NCBI GenBank assembly: GCA_965153455.1
Contig: OZ234493.1
Span: forward strand, 33,160,213-33,224,212
Reading direction: 5' to 3'
DNA length: 64,000 nt
From: Sphagnum compactum
Lineage: Eukaryota
The notes under the pieces were generated by a model. That model saw only the letters and a program-made list of their open reading frames with translations, made no database searches and was not told the origin of the DNA. This document shows, piece after piece, positions 26,396-39,560 of this stretch. A program made the position numbers and the translations under genes. The stretch's first letter is position 1. Every line of letters begins with the position of its first letter.

Positions 26396-28557
26396 GACTC
26401 CTCCTGCTCCGTCCGAGAAACTGCGGTTCCAAGAGCTCGCGAAACACTAAAATCCAACCGGGAAGGAAAAAAGAAACAAACAACCAATGAAGAACAAAAA
26501 GAAGCAAAAACGACCAGCAGCTGAAGAGGAGGCAGGAGACAACAAGAGTTCACCCGCAGAAAAAGATTTCAATCCCGTGAAGAAAGAACGAGATTACCGA
26601 AGAAAACCACCAAAAGAAAGAGGGAAAACCACGCTAAACGCTTCCAAAACCTCATGCAAAAAAGCAACAAGCGAGCTTGCACACAATCGTTACCAAACGA
26701 CTGCCCTCTACAAGAGCAGTAAAACAAAGCAACAACAACAGGGAGAGGTGGACAAAGATGGAACGCGCAAAGACCAGACCGGGCCAGACCCGACCGGACC
26801 GGACAAGAGACACACGTCGAGAAACAGATGTCAACAAGCTTTTTTTTTTTTTTCTTTTTTTTGTTTGGGGGATAAGTTTATTTTCAAAATGGCTAAACAA
26901 TGTGTTTTAAAAAAGTTTTCAGGTAGCCAGATTTCTTCAAATTTTTTATAAAAATCGCCAAATTTCTCTATTGGGTGTTAGCTTGTAGCCAAAAATGTGA
27001 GGGAATCTTAAAAGTTTAGCTTCTTTTTTTTTTAGCTTCTTTTCTTTAGTGGCTGCAAATGAGCCAAAATTTCTTTCATGGCTCCCATTGTTCCACATCC
27101 CAAATGGTTGATTTTGTGGGGGCTACCTACATCAACAACAATAATGCAAAGGGGGGAGGGGGGGAGGAGGGGTGTAGGGAGGGATTGTTGGGTGGATGGG
27201 TAGGGTGGCCCCTTCCTTTGGTGGTCTACCTTTGTTGTTGTTGACCTAAATTGACCCAATTTTTACAACCCAAATTTGACACAAAAGAAAACTCTCAAAG
27301 GAATTCATTAGTGTGTTTTGAGAGCACCTTGCATTCATGAACATCCCTCCTAGAAAAGGAAAAAGGGAGGGATACTTATGCTTATAAGTGGCATGATATC
27401 CTTTCATCTCTTAAATACCTTCTTACATTAAGGTCAGTTTCGCCATTAAATAATCTGGTTGTCTTTTTTTCCCAACTTTGAGATCACCTGTCCAACTACA
27501 TACTACTCACCTTCTTGGCCTTACCTACCAACTAAGAACCAACTCCACACCCCCCCCCCCCCCCTCTCACCTACCTATCTACTAGATCCACACCCCCTTT
27601 TCCCACCTAAACTTGTTAGGTCATTCTTTACCTACCTATCATCCCTCCTACCTACCTACCCAACATTTACATATCGTCAATTGCACCCAATGAAAATAAT
27701 TCAAATGCAAGTATTGCATTTAGTCGGTGAGCAATAAATTAAACATATTTAGGCCTCATATGTTAGTATTGCACTTGCAGGCTCTTCCTACCATCAGTGT
27801 CCCCATGAGCCTCCCCCACTTTGCACCATTTATTGCATATTGTACACAACACAATGAAATAATTCAATGCCTTGGATTGTATTTTATATCATGAAATGAT
27901 CAAATGAAGATTTAAGGTTAAGTAGATGTCTCGAACATTTATGACCTATGCAAAAATATCATTTTTTATATTAATGAAATTCAAGGTTAGGTTAATTTAG
28001 GAGTGAAGAATCGTGAATTATATATTGATTTAAATAAAATTCCTTTCTTCTCTTTTGAAAGGGAGTGGAAACATCTATCTTTCAAGTTGGAGATATTCAA
28101 ATTAGAAGGTAAGAAATAAAGGTTTTCTTTCACTAATTCATAATTAGTCATCTAAAATTATTTTTGTACAATTGTCAAGGTTAAGGTTATGTGTAAGGTT
28201 TTGTAATTGGAGTTGAAGCTTTTTCGAAAGTGGTACATGTTTAAAGTTTAGTCTTTAACAATACTTAAGATTATTTTTTTAATTTGGAATTGTGGTTTGA
28301 TTTAAGGTTGGAAAGCTTTGTAAGGATAATGCCATCACCTTGAACCATCAAATTAAATTTTTTTTTTTTCCTCCCCTTCCTTTCTTTCATTCATGTGTGG
28401 TTTTAATTTAATTACAATTCAATTAATTTCATGTAACGGATCAATGTGTGAATATAACCTACAATTTCTTGATTATGGGAAAAGACTATTAAGTCAGCAA
28501 ATGTTTGATTCTATATGTAGTTATTAGTCCCAAGTACATGTATTAGAGGAATGGCCC

Positions 28558-28780
28558 CATGTTTAGTGTGTGTCTTAATTTTGGAATGTAGGTATTGCAA
28601 GGTTGGGTCTCAAGTCTAGTGTGTGTTTTAGTTTGAAATGTAAATATTGCACTTGGTTGGGTCCTAGGTTTAGTGTGTGTTTTAGTTTGAAACGTAAGGA
28701 TTGCACTTGGTTGAGTCCCAAGTTCGGTGTGCATTTTAGTTTGGAATGGTAGGTATTGCAAGGTTGGGTCCCATGTTCAA
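28558..28780. repeat. Tandem repeat, ~54 bp unit x4
   Basis: gtttagtgtgtgttttagtttgaaatgta..tattgca..ggttgggtcc units start at about 28561, 28614, 28668 and 28722. Confidence 0.88.
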
Positions 28781-31700
28781 TATATTTTGATTTTGGAGTC
28801 CTTGTTGTAGCAATGCAACGACGTGTTGCAACCACACAATGTAACGTTGCGCTACAACAACACAATGTAACATTGCTCTACAACAACATGTTAGGTGTGC
28901 GGGTGCTACAACATACAATGGTAGAAGGAAAAAAAACATAAGTGAGGGTAAGTAAGTGTTTAGGGTTCAAGGCAAGGTGATGTTGAAAAAGGAATTTCAA
29001 TTTTATTAAATTTTTAATCTAAATTCATCCAAAAACGGCCTCAATGGCCTCATCCCCCAACTGGTGCATTGGTGGGTGCTAGGTCATAAGGGCCATTGAA
29101 CTTTACCTTACACTAACTTCGACCATTACTCTAAAAGCCTTGTGCTTGAAGGTGTGTGGGCTATCACTCGGTAGTTAATCTAATGGCTTTTTCCAAGCCA
29201 TTAAGAAAGATGTTAGCACTTTTTCTCCCATGATACTTGACGGGCATTACAACGTATCATAAGGAAAAATAATGATGCAAGGCATTTTGAAAACCTAATT
29301 GGTTCATTGGAGGTTTTTGATGATGTGGCATCATCGCATTCGTTCAAAGTTGATGGGTTACAAGTTGTATTCGCCCAATACTAAGTCGGTTAAATGGGTA
29401 TAATGTGGCTATGGCGATTGCAATTACATGTTGAAATTGGGCTGTTGGCGTACTCACGAGTTATGAATATGTGAAATCATGTCCTTCCACTATGTTGTTT
29501 TGTTTTATGACCTCTTATGGCTCACCAATTATATCCCGTAATTGCGATTCAAGTAGGCCAATTATGGGAAAAAATCTTGTTGCTCACAGTTCGACTTTTC
29601 TCCTAATTGGCATGTTCAAACCAATTATGAGTCCGAAATGCCTGCACTTATGGGTCTTTCATTTTCCAAAATGCCCCCACAAGTTTCTACACTTTACAAT
29701 GTGCTCTAATGGCCATCTTAGATAAGGCTCCAAGGAACAAACACCAATGAAATCGAGTATTCCTATTGGTCAAGAGCTTTTAAATTGGTCCCAAGGTTTT
29801 TAGATGAGGGTCCAAAACTAAGACAAATCAAATTGTGATTTAGCCCACATGGCATCATTTTGAAGGAAAAATCAATTGGTCCCCAAAAAAAAAAAAAAAA
29901 AAAAAAAAACTTAAAGGAGAGCTAATGGCTTGGAAAACCAAAGTGTAGGGTAAGGTCCAAGGTTTGTTCATTTTTTTGTTTTTATTTTTTGGGTTTTTTT
30001 TCATTGTTTTCTTTTATCCTTGTCGCTCAAATTTTGTGAGAAGGCAAGACATGCTATGGATTGAAAACGTTGTTGAAAGCACACGTGCTCCCCCATTTTT
30101 GACCAATTTTAGAGTTGTAATGGTTAATTTTGTGGATCCTTCCAAGGTGGTTGTTAGAAGGAACGCATTTTCAATTTTTTCAAACACACAATATGAGGTG
30201 AATTGAAAGGTGAAACCAAAAAAAACTAAAAACTAGAGTGCCAATTTTCACAAGTGAAAGGAGATTTGAATTTACAAAAGAACCCTAAATGAGTTCTCAT
30301 TCATCCATTGTGTGTGATAAAAAATATTTTTAAAATAATAAAAATAGAGAAAACCATGAAAAAAAAATGAAAGGCAAACCTAATTCTCTCACATGTCAAT
30401 CACACACTCATTGTTTATATTAAACCTTCGAATTGGATCCCAAGTCATTAGACACACTCATTGTACCTTAGGAAAAAAATGTTTTTTTTAAATATGAAAA
30501 ACGGTACACTTCAAATTGGTCCTTGGGCTTTTGGTCCCTGGACCCTTGTCTAAAGTGGCCCTAAATACACCACAGTTGACTCATAGGTTGTGTAAGGCTC
30601 TTGAGGGCTAGATTTCAACTTTTGCACCAATAGGAATGCTGGATTTGGGTGGAACATTGGCCCTGACTCCTAGTGTATAAGGAGCCCACTTTACACAAGG
30701 AGTACTAAAGTGTTAGAGCCCACTTTACACAACCTAAAGAAAAAGAAAAAGAAAAAGAAAAAGAACTACTAAAGTGGGCTCTGAACCCCAGGATTTAACA
30801 CTACAAATCCAATACTCACACAACATTGGTTTGAACTTTCGAGAAAGGGCAAAGCCATTGTTGGATGAACCACTTGTTTTCCTTGCAATGCCAAATAGCT
30901 TGAGCATCAGAAATACTTTGGTGTCACTAGATGAAACATAAGCCTTTTTTGGTTGCCTAAGTTGACATATGGTCAGATTTTGTGGGGGCCATGGTAGCAT
31001 TTTTGCACATTCTTTCCCCCATCAAAATTGTGTCCAAGAAATAAATTTTACATGAACACAAAGTGCATTTACAATGATTAAAGAGAACTCTTAATCAAGG
31101 GCTCCAATTAAGGTCAAGTTAAGAATTAGTTTTAATTTCATTGAGTTTAAGTTTCTCATTGCAAATGTTGTTGAAATCTTACCCAATATAAAAAGGCATT
31201 TTCAATCTACTTTGGATGAAGTACATACAACCTTCAAATAGTCACGTATCGCACAAGATATGATTCTTTTTTAAAATGTCAAATAGAAGCAAATAATTGT
31301 TTCTGATTGGTCAATCATAATGATTGGTACTGGTGGTGATGGCATTTAAATATTTAGAGTCTTTCCTCGCCTTATACTAGGTATTCAAATTTTCATATTT
31401 ATGGATGGGGATTGGGGAAATGATTAAAACTTTATAATAAATGTGGTAAACATTCATAGACAATGCCCAAATATGTATTTAATTTTAAATATCTTTAAAT
31501 ATTTTTTGTGATGAATATACCATCCTCCAAGTTCTACATATATTATCTTATAATTATCCTAGGAAAAATAATGAACCTAAAAAGTTGGTTTATCTGAAAA
31601 TAAAAGGCAACAAGATTTTGTAAAAGTGAGAATGTGGATTATTACTCAAAAAATGGCCCATGTTGTTTGTGGACGAAGATTTAAAAATAATTTAATTTGT

Positions 31701-32599
31701 GCTGAATCCGCCAAAATACTACAATAACTTGATACCCAAGCAAATTGTGGAGAATTTAGGTCAATTGAATTAATTTTTAAAAAGTTTTAAAAAGTACAAA
31801 ATGCCAATTTACCTAGTGTACATCATTTCCCAAGTATCAATTTTCATATATCTCGATCAAATGAAGGCAATTTTTTGGTTATTGCCCTATAATTGGCGAT
31901 TTGATAAGGGGTTTCATTGAATAGTTGAGCCTTTCACTAAGTCTACCAAAATTGCTCAATAGTTCACTTGAAGGCATTCATAGGAGTAGTCTTTTCAAAG
32001 TTGAAAGTTAGGTTCATTTTTAGCACCCATTTTGAAACAAATTGTGATCAACAAAGGAAAGATCAACAATTTTTTTTAAATTAATTTATGCTATCTAGCA
32101 TTAAGTAATAAATAATAATAATAAAATGTTGTTATTGCTGAATATAACTGAAAAAATATTTATTAATTATGTGACAAAGTATTCCTTTTTTAATTTATTT
32201 TTTCACATTTGTGCAAATTTTCACACCCAAAAAAAAGGCTAATGTGGTCACCTCAATATGCTAATGTCATGTCTAGAATTGTATTATTTTCAGAAATGTT
32301 GAAATTTTCTTTTTTTTTAATAAATAAAAAAATTTGTTATTGATGGAAAATATTGAATCTTCAAGAATATTTTATTTGTCAAAAATGAAAATTTCAAAAT
32401 TAATTGATTAAATTTGACAGGCATTATGGCAAAGCTGCTAAGGTAGTATGAAATTCTCTGTTTTTGGAAAATGTTCCCTTTCATTTCGACCAAATGCTGA
32501 CAGATTCCATAGATGGGAACGCCGGAATGGGCACGCTGTAAACAAGTGTTCCCCTCAAATACGGCGGTGCTGGTGCTTTTTCTGGCGTTCTCTGGTGCT

Positions 32600-33205
32600 G
32601 CTTTTTCCAGTGGCGAAGTTTCGCCAAAAAGCGAAATTAAGAATTAAAATTTCCCCCCAAAAAGTGATTTTTCAGGCTTTCAGTCGCCAGAAAGTGAGGA
32701 AGAAGAAAAAGGTCAAAATTGCGAGACTCGGTCAATATTCGGTTTCCATTGTATAGCCAAAAATATTGAAGGATGATTAAAGATTCATACTTTATTTCTG
32801 GTCTATAGCCATATTAGGCTAAATCTCCCTAGAGATGGTCATAACTTTTCCTACATTTTCCGATCGATGATCGCCTTGTTTTGGCTACAAAAAAAAATTC
32901 ACTAAAAAAAAACTGCCATGGAGCTCCCTTCCTTGCAGCACTTTTTGTTTTTTGCTGGCTATATATAGCCAAAAATTCATATTAAAAATTTTAAGCAATA
33001 AAATCAAGTGATTTCTTATATTTCAGATTGCCATAATTCGACCAAAATTTAAGAAAAATACCAGATTTCTATACATGGTTCAAGTACATGTAGCCAAAAA
33101 TATAAAAGGATGTTTTTTATAAAAACTTTCTTATTTAGGTTTTAGCCAAAATTGGCTAACTCTTCCTATGGACCCTCGCCACTTTTGGCTATATCACAAA
33201 ATTGA
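32600..33205. mobile_element. Two adjacent diverged copies of a short dispersed non-coding element; a third partial copy lies at ~26870-27060
   Basis: Shared core tagccaaaaat.t..a.gga at about 26986, 32754 and 33090. Two copies continue with tagcca.a.ttggcta-like and ttttggcta motifs. No ORF. Element class not determined. Confidence 0.5.
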
Positions 33206-33880
33206 GCCCAAAAAGGTGGGGGGTGGACACTGCTCCCGCTTCTGTCGCTGGCGCTTTCTGGCGTTGTCGGGCGTTGTCTGGCGCTGCGAGTGGGACAAGC
33301 CATCTGCCGCTGTCGCTCTGCTCGCGACGGCCGTCGAGCTCCCCTCCCTCCCCTCGTCAGTCGCACGCACGCTTGTGGAGATGGCAGAAAAAAGCGTTGG
33401 GCGTACAAAGGACAGAAGAGAGAGATGGACAGAACATGACTCGCATGCGGGAATTATGACAGAGAAAGAACCCGCCAGTTTCCTGAGATGGGGGATGTCA
33501 CTGATCAGTAGCAGAAGAAGAAGAAGAAGGAGAGCAGAAGGACAACACCCACCCACAAACAAAAAAGCACCCAACTCTTTGTGGGTGTCGAGATCCGTCA
33601 GCAGGAAAGGAATCTCAGCTGCTGCAGTCACAACCCTAATGAGGAACAACCCATGAAGAAGGGCGCAGTAGTGTTCAGGTTCTCATCTCGACGCTTCAAT
33701 AGGATGGGAGGATCGCCGCAGCTCTCGGGAACCGGATTGCCAGGCACTGGTTTTCTTCCAGTTGTAGAGAATCAGTGATTTGGGTAGCGCTGGTGGTGCT
33801 TTGGGGAAACAGTTGAGGAGGAGGAGCAGCGTCATTATCATTATCCTCTACGGGCTTGGGTTTTTGGGTGGGGCTTATAC

Positions 33881-36800
33881 ATGTCTTCCTTGTGGGGTGG
33901 TGGTGGGATTGCTGCAGAAAGCAACGAGGAGCCGCGAGAAACTCAATTAGGAGGAGGAGGAGGAAGACTCCAACAACAACAGTTGATGAGCAGTAGTGCT
34001 GTTGCAGCAGCAGATTCGGTACCCACCAAATGTGCAGCGCTTGCATTGATAACCATCTGCATTGTCCTGGGGATCATTTCCTTGACGGGGGAAAAGCATT
34101 TCTGTCATACCACTACTGCTGATGACAACAGTGCTGGTGCTGCTGTTGATCCGGCTCTTGAGATTGCTCTAGATCTCTTCCCGCAGATTTCACACGACAC
34201 CCGGAAGCATCTTCATGAGGTCACAGAGAAAATCTTGGACCTAAGTGGAGCAAAATCCCTTACTGATATGCATATCTCGGAGTAAGTCTCACTCCATCTC
34301 TCCCTCTCTTTCTCTCTCTATGTGTTCCTGTCCACATGTCGTGACATTGTTTGCTGGCATAACAATAATCATGCCCCATCTCTCTATATGTTCTTCTACA
34401 CATGTTCATGTCATGTCATTGTTTGCTGGCATAACAATAACTGTTCTCCCCATGTGTGAATCTTTGGGTGATCTGTTCTGGTTGTGGCTGCCAGCAGCAG
34501 TGGTATGGAAGAGAAGCTTGAGGAAGATGATACTAGGATATTACAGTATGTGTTTGAGAATGAAACAAACACCAGATTCCAGAGTGCACTGGTGAAACAG
34601 GAGTATCTGTTTGAGCTTGGATCAGCACCATTTCCCAGCTGCCATGCCTCCACCATTGTTGAGGTACCTACTTACTTCTTGCCCATGCTTGCTGGCCACA
34701 ACAACTTGGGGGGGTTGGTGACAAAATGTTAGTTTGGTTCTCAATCTTCCTGTGTGTCTGCTGTCATGCTGTCATGTGTTGTGGTCACTGTTGTGTGTGA
34801 AGTTTCATGTCCCTCCTCCTGCTGTTGTTGGAATGCAGTTGGGACAAGGAACTTTTCTGGTAGCCTATTTTGGAGGCACTTATGAGGGATACGGTGATGT
34901 TGGTATCTGGGTCTCCCGCCTTGAGGTATATCTATCTTTCTTCCTTTACCTTGTACAGAGGAGATTTCTTGTACTTCTTCTGTATGTATTCTGCTGTATT
35001 GTCATTGTTGTGAATGCCTAGTCAGAGTGGCAGAATGCAATGAAAGAAATATGTACAAATGCATGCCACATTGAGAGTCACATCCCTCAGATTGGGTCCA
35101 ATCAAGTGAAGCCTCCAAAACCCAACAGATGGGGTTTGTTTCCTTGAACAATACTACTAGTCTCCAAATTTTCATTTTTAGGTAGTCATTCTTGCTACTG
35201 CATCATACCTCCAGGTGGAATCTAAACAATCATCACTTCTAGGTTATTTCCACAGACTCTGCCAAGATGAGCTCATCTTCATTGCTATTGAGCTAGGAAG
35301 AAGGGGAACTGAAAATGTTTGTTTGGTTGCGTGAGCAGAGAGGGGTTTGGAACGCTCCTGAGCTGGTGGATGACGAACCAGAAGTGCCCATGTGGAACCC
35401 GGTCTTGTTCAAAATGCCTACTACTGGGGAGCTGCTGCTATTTTACAAGATCGGACCTGAAGTCCAGAAGTACTATTTTCAAGGACTTGAACTGAGACCC
35501 CCCATCTCTCTTTCTTGCTTCTTCTGTGATTGTGTCCCATCAATATTCATGAGTTTTGTGTGTTGATTTGTTCCAGTGATGGAGGCAAATTTTTATGCTT
35601 CATGAAGCTGGTCCTGCCTATGCGCTCTCCCTTCATCCTCTGTAAATCTGGAGCAAGATTTAACTCTGCTAAATTTGCCAATCTATGTTTTATTTAGATG
35701 GAGTGGGTTTCTCAAAAGGTCGAAGGACAATGGCATGACTTGGTCACCTCGAGAACAACTTCCTCCAGGAATTTTCGGTCCAATCAAGAACAAGGTATTG
35801 TTTCCGTCGACATTGTTGAATATTGTCTTCAGTCGAGTTTTCCAACTATTTCTCAGTTGCCCATTTCAGAATTGTATTTCAGCTTATAAAAGCAACAAAA
35901 AACTCAACACAGAAGACACAACACAGGACAGTTTAATAACTGGCACACCTGTATTAAAATGCTTATTAGTATCTCAAGGTGCCAATTGAGCCTCTCTGCT
36001 GCTGCCTTTGTGAGTTCAGCCACTGCTTCTGGCAAATGGGAAACTTCTCTGTGGATCTTCAGTTGAGAGCTGGAACGCCTGGGGAGCTTGGATGGAGGTT
36101 TGATTTCTGCCCTTGAAGCAAACTGCCATGAAACACACAAGACACTGGTAGTAATATATGTTGTTTGTGTTGCCTAACTGGAAGGGAAACATCAGAAGTT
36201 GTGCATTAGTGCCAGTTTATCCTTTGTTTCTCTAATGCAAAAATCACCGGCAGTGGATAAGTTGTTGAGAAAGGTGGATGCTGTAGGTCACAAGTGATGC
36301 TGGATCCTCATGGGCAAAGCATGGTCCCATCTATGTGCCTGATGTACCCATGGGGGTCATTCAACCGGTTCCTTTTGTCACAGACCAGGGTGCCATTCGG
36401 GTGCTGTTGAGGCCTTCATATGAGATTGGCAGAATATGCATGGCAACATCACATGATGAGGGAGTCACATGGAGTTTTGCAACTCCCACTGATCTCATCA
36501 ATTGCAACTCTGGTTCGTTTCCCTGTTATATCCTCACATCTTCCATACTTATGTTGTTTTTCCATTTTGCTTTTGTCCACATGCGGCAAGGCAACTGGAA
36601 TGCTCAGTGGATCTCTTTTCTTTGGTGTTTATTGCAAAGCTGCAGCTGCATCTGTTAGTGTCTTTCTACCTGTGTCTCCCCTAACAAACTGAAAGCCTGC
36701 CACATGGGTCAGGATTTGATGGTGTGAAGCTACCTGATGGGCGGTTAATAGTGCTTTACAACACTGTATCTCGTGGGGTTCTTAAAGTGGCAATCTCTCA

Positions 36801-37197
36801 TGACGATGGTGAGACATGGCGTGACTATTTAACATTGGAAAATGAAGATGAAGGCGAATTTTCATATTCTGCCCTAGTATTGGGCTCTGATGGTCACATT
36901 CATGCAACTTACACCTACAATCGCCAGCAAATTAAGGTGGGCTGCAAACTTTATATCCATTTACAAGCTCCCGTATCAAGCCACCTTGCCTTTGTATGAG
37001 TAGAATCATGAGAAAGTTGTGTGTAACAACATAACTGATTCAGACCAGTGCCTTCAATTCAATATTCAAGTCGTCTATTTTTCTTATGCTGCCTGCTTTC
37101 TCACTTACATGTCTTGTTGTGTTGGGGATGGCCATGGCTTGTTCAGTATGTGGTTCTTCGACCTGATGATCTCAAGCATCCACTACCTCTGGCATAA
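33881..37197 (+). CDS. BNR/Asp-box repeat, sialidase-fold (GH33-like beta-propeller) protein with N-terminal transmembrane segment; 9 exons
   Basis: Exons 33881-34281, 34495-34663, 34839-34925, 35339-35469, 35698-35794, 36020-36097, 36287-36512, 36713-36936, 37147-37197 are in frame. Motifs: [42 protein letters not shown]. Asp-boxes: [31 protein letters not shown]. Hydrophobic [17 protein letters not shown] near the N-terminus. Confidence 0.9.
34334..34452. repeat. Direct repeat x2 (period ~73 bp) in intron 1 of the BNR gene
   Basis: catgtc.tg.cattgtttgctggcataacaataa is present at about 34334 and 34407. Confidence 0.85.
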
Positions 37198-38949
37198 CAT
37201 GATATGTTGAAGCCTCGGAAAGATGGACTAAAGTTGTGCAGCTTGATCCGGGAGATAATGGTCCCATGTTCCTTCCTTTTCCTTTAGACAGTGCTTCCTG
37301 CAGATTGGGGTAGTGTCTAATTTTGGAGTAAAAATTTGAGCTTTCATGATGATGCAGGCATGTATGGCTCTTGGCACTGAGTTGTTTGTTGGCACATGTG
37401 CATCTTTGAGCAGTCAACAAAGTGCCAAGCTCAGTAAACCTTGTCTGGACAGACATCCCAGGATGGGGCAGAACTGGGAAGCTCATTTGTACTCAAAAGT
37501 ACGAGGGAAAGTCTACTATATGTTCAAGTAAGACCTTTAGTTTTGGTTTCCATAATCTCTTCCTTTGGCTAGTTCTAGTAAGAGTCCAGATCCTCAGCTA
37601 CACACAGTGAGCCAACACCCACCAGTGCACTGGATGATTGGACAGGATACTTTGTTTCATTGGGTTCCTGTCCCATAGGTAGCATGGTTAGCAATACCTT
37701 CATTTTGGTATGGCAATGCGGTCTGCAACACCTTTAGTTGACAAGATGACATGTAATACTTAAGTATAATAGATAAGATTCAAATATTTAAAAGAAGATA
37801 TGCCATCAGCGGCATTTGCCACAAGAATTGTTATAAAAAGAACCTTACAAGTAGCCAAAATTGGTGGCACTAGTTCTTTAGTCCACTGTTGAACAATAAG
37901 CAACACGTGCTCTTCAACATCATGTGCCACTTGCTCCTTGACTGCAAGGGGAGTTAATTTAGGTCTGAGATTTTTGTAATGTTGCAAACTCCTTTGAGGG
38001 GGCATGCTTGAAGGGCTCAATGGCTACAAGAACAATGAAAAAAAATGAGACTCTATGAAGAGGAAAGGGAGATTGAAACTATGAGCATGAAGAATAGAAG
38101 CATGAGAAAGACCACAACAAGTCACAAAACCATGACAAACAACAAGATAGCAACAAGAAGACCACAATCAGTAGCAAAACCAGAACAATAACTTCAATAC
38201 CACAGCAACAAGACCATGGTGAGAAAGGGGAAAAGTGCACCTGGTAGTGGCCATCAACAACAATTGCAATAAAAGCTCTGCATCAGTAGGACCACTTGTG
38301 TGACTTACAATGCAAAAATTTGGGTTGAAAGCTTCAGATGTTGCTTGAAGCTTCTTATTTGTACTAGAAGGACAGTAAGAGTGGCAAGACCAAGGCAAGC
38401 AAGATCACAATGATTATTGCCCATGCCGTACCTAAAATTTAGGATTAAAGTTCTTATGATTTGCACCCCAATTACAAAACAAGAGGAATGAGAGTGATGG
38501 AAGCTAGAAAACGCAAAGAGAATGAAACATGATGTAGTGCAATACCCTTAGCAATGAAAGCCAAAAAATTAACAAAAAAAAGGGGGGGCAAGGGGATCTT
38601 AGAGGTAGTAAAGGTGTGTTCACACTTGGTGTTAGGGACTCTAGTGTTGAGTCCCCTAACACCATGCTAGTCATTTAGGACTTAAACCTACTTACCATGA
38701 AAATGTTATGTTAAGCTAACATTCACTTGACATTAAGTTCTTGCCCATTTAACAATGGGTGCCACCTAGGATGCCACCTACATTTTCATTTAACACTGAC
38801 TTAACCTAGTGCCAAATTTAAACGGTTTGTGGCATCATTGTTTGTAAGTTGCAAAATTGAATTATTGTTTTGAAAGTTGTGGCAAGAAAGATGTTTAAAA
38901 AAGTACAAATACGAAATTAAAAAAGGAATGAATTTTTTATTAAGCCAAG

Positions 38950-39560
38950 GTTGGTCTCGAGCAAGGGCTACTCATGTGTTCCTAGATCATCTTATGGAGG
39001 TGCCACCATTTTCAACATGGGTAAGAGCTTCAATTGTTGCAACTATCCAAAATGGGGATGTGATTAAAAGAGGTGTGATACACATGTCGATGCCACCAAC
39101 ACTTGAAGTGAAGTCTTATTGAGCAATGTGGGCATTTGGTAATCACATTCATGTTTTAAGTGTTGAAAAACATTTGACAACATGTGACAGTGGAGTGGCA
39201 GCGACTTTTGAACAAGAATGTGTGTTAGGACAAAATGACAAAAATCCAATGTTTACAAACCTAGAATACGTGGGATGGGTTGAAGAAATATTGGCGCTAA
39301 ATTATGGGGTACTCAAAATTGTTGTTTTGTTTTGTGATTGGGTGAAAGCCAATTACACTGGGAAAATGTGACAATCAAGTGAAACGAATATGGCTTCACT
39401 TTCATAAATTTTGCTTCTCTCATTCCCATCTCTAACCAATCCTTTGTTTTCCCATTACATGTGGATCAAGTATTTTTTTCTAGTGATGTGAAGGAAAGAG
39501 GATGGAAAGTGGTATTACGGAAGGACCTTGCAGGAGATGAATAATTGATGTAGTTCACAT
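38950..39560 (+). mobile_element. Decayed CACTA/EnSpm-type transposase fragment (Tnp2 C-terminal, DUF4216-like region), pseudogenised
   Basis: Interrupted frames read AMWAFGNH..TCDSGVAATFEQ..YVGWVEEILALNYG..VVLFCDWVKANY, then after a frameshift YGFTFINF..SFVFPLHVDQVFFSSD..GWKVVLRK. Internal stop at 39120 and frameshift near 39365. Confidence 0.8.

Noticed and set aside
29040..32050. AT-rich, coding-like decayed blocks and a small gagcccacttta direct/inverted repeat near 30682-30782
   Set aside because: Probably old TE debris, but no diagnostic motif, terminus or target-site duplication could be established.
33166..33778. ORFs of 80-162 aa on both strands upstream of the BNR gene
   Set aside because: No recognisable domain or splice partner; consistent with a GC-rich promoter or 5' UTR.
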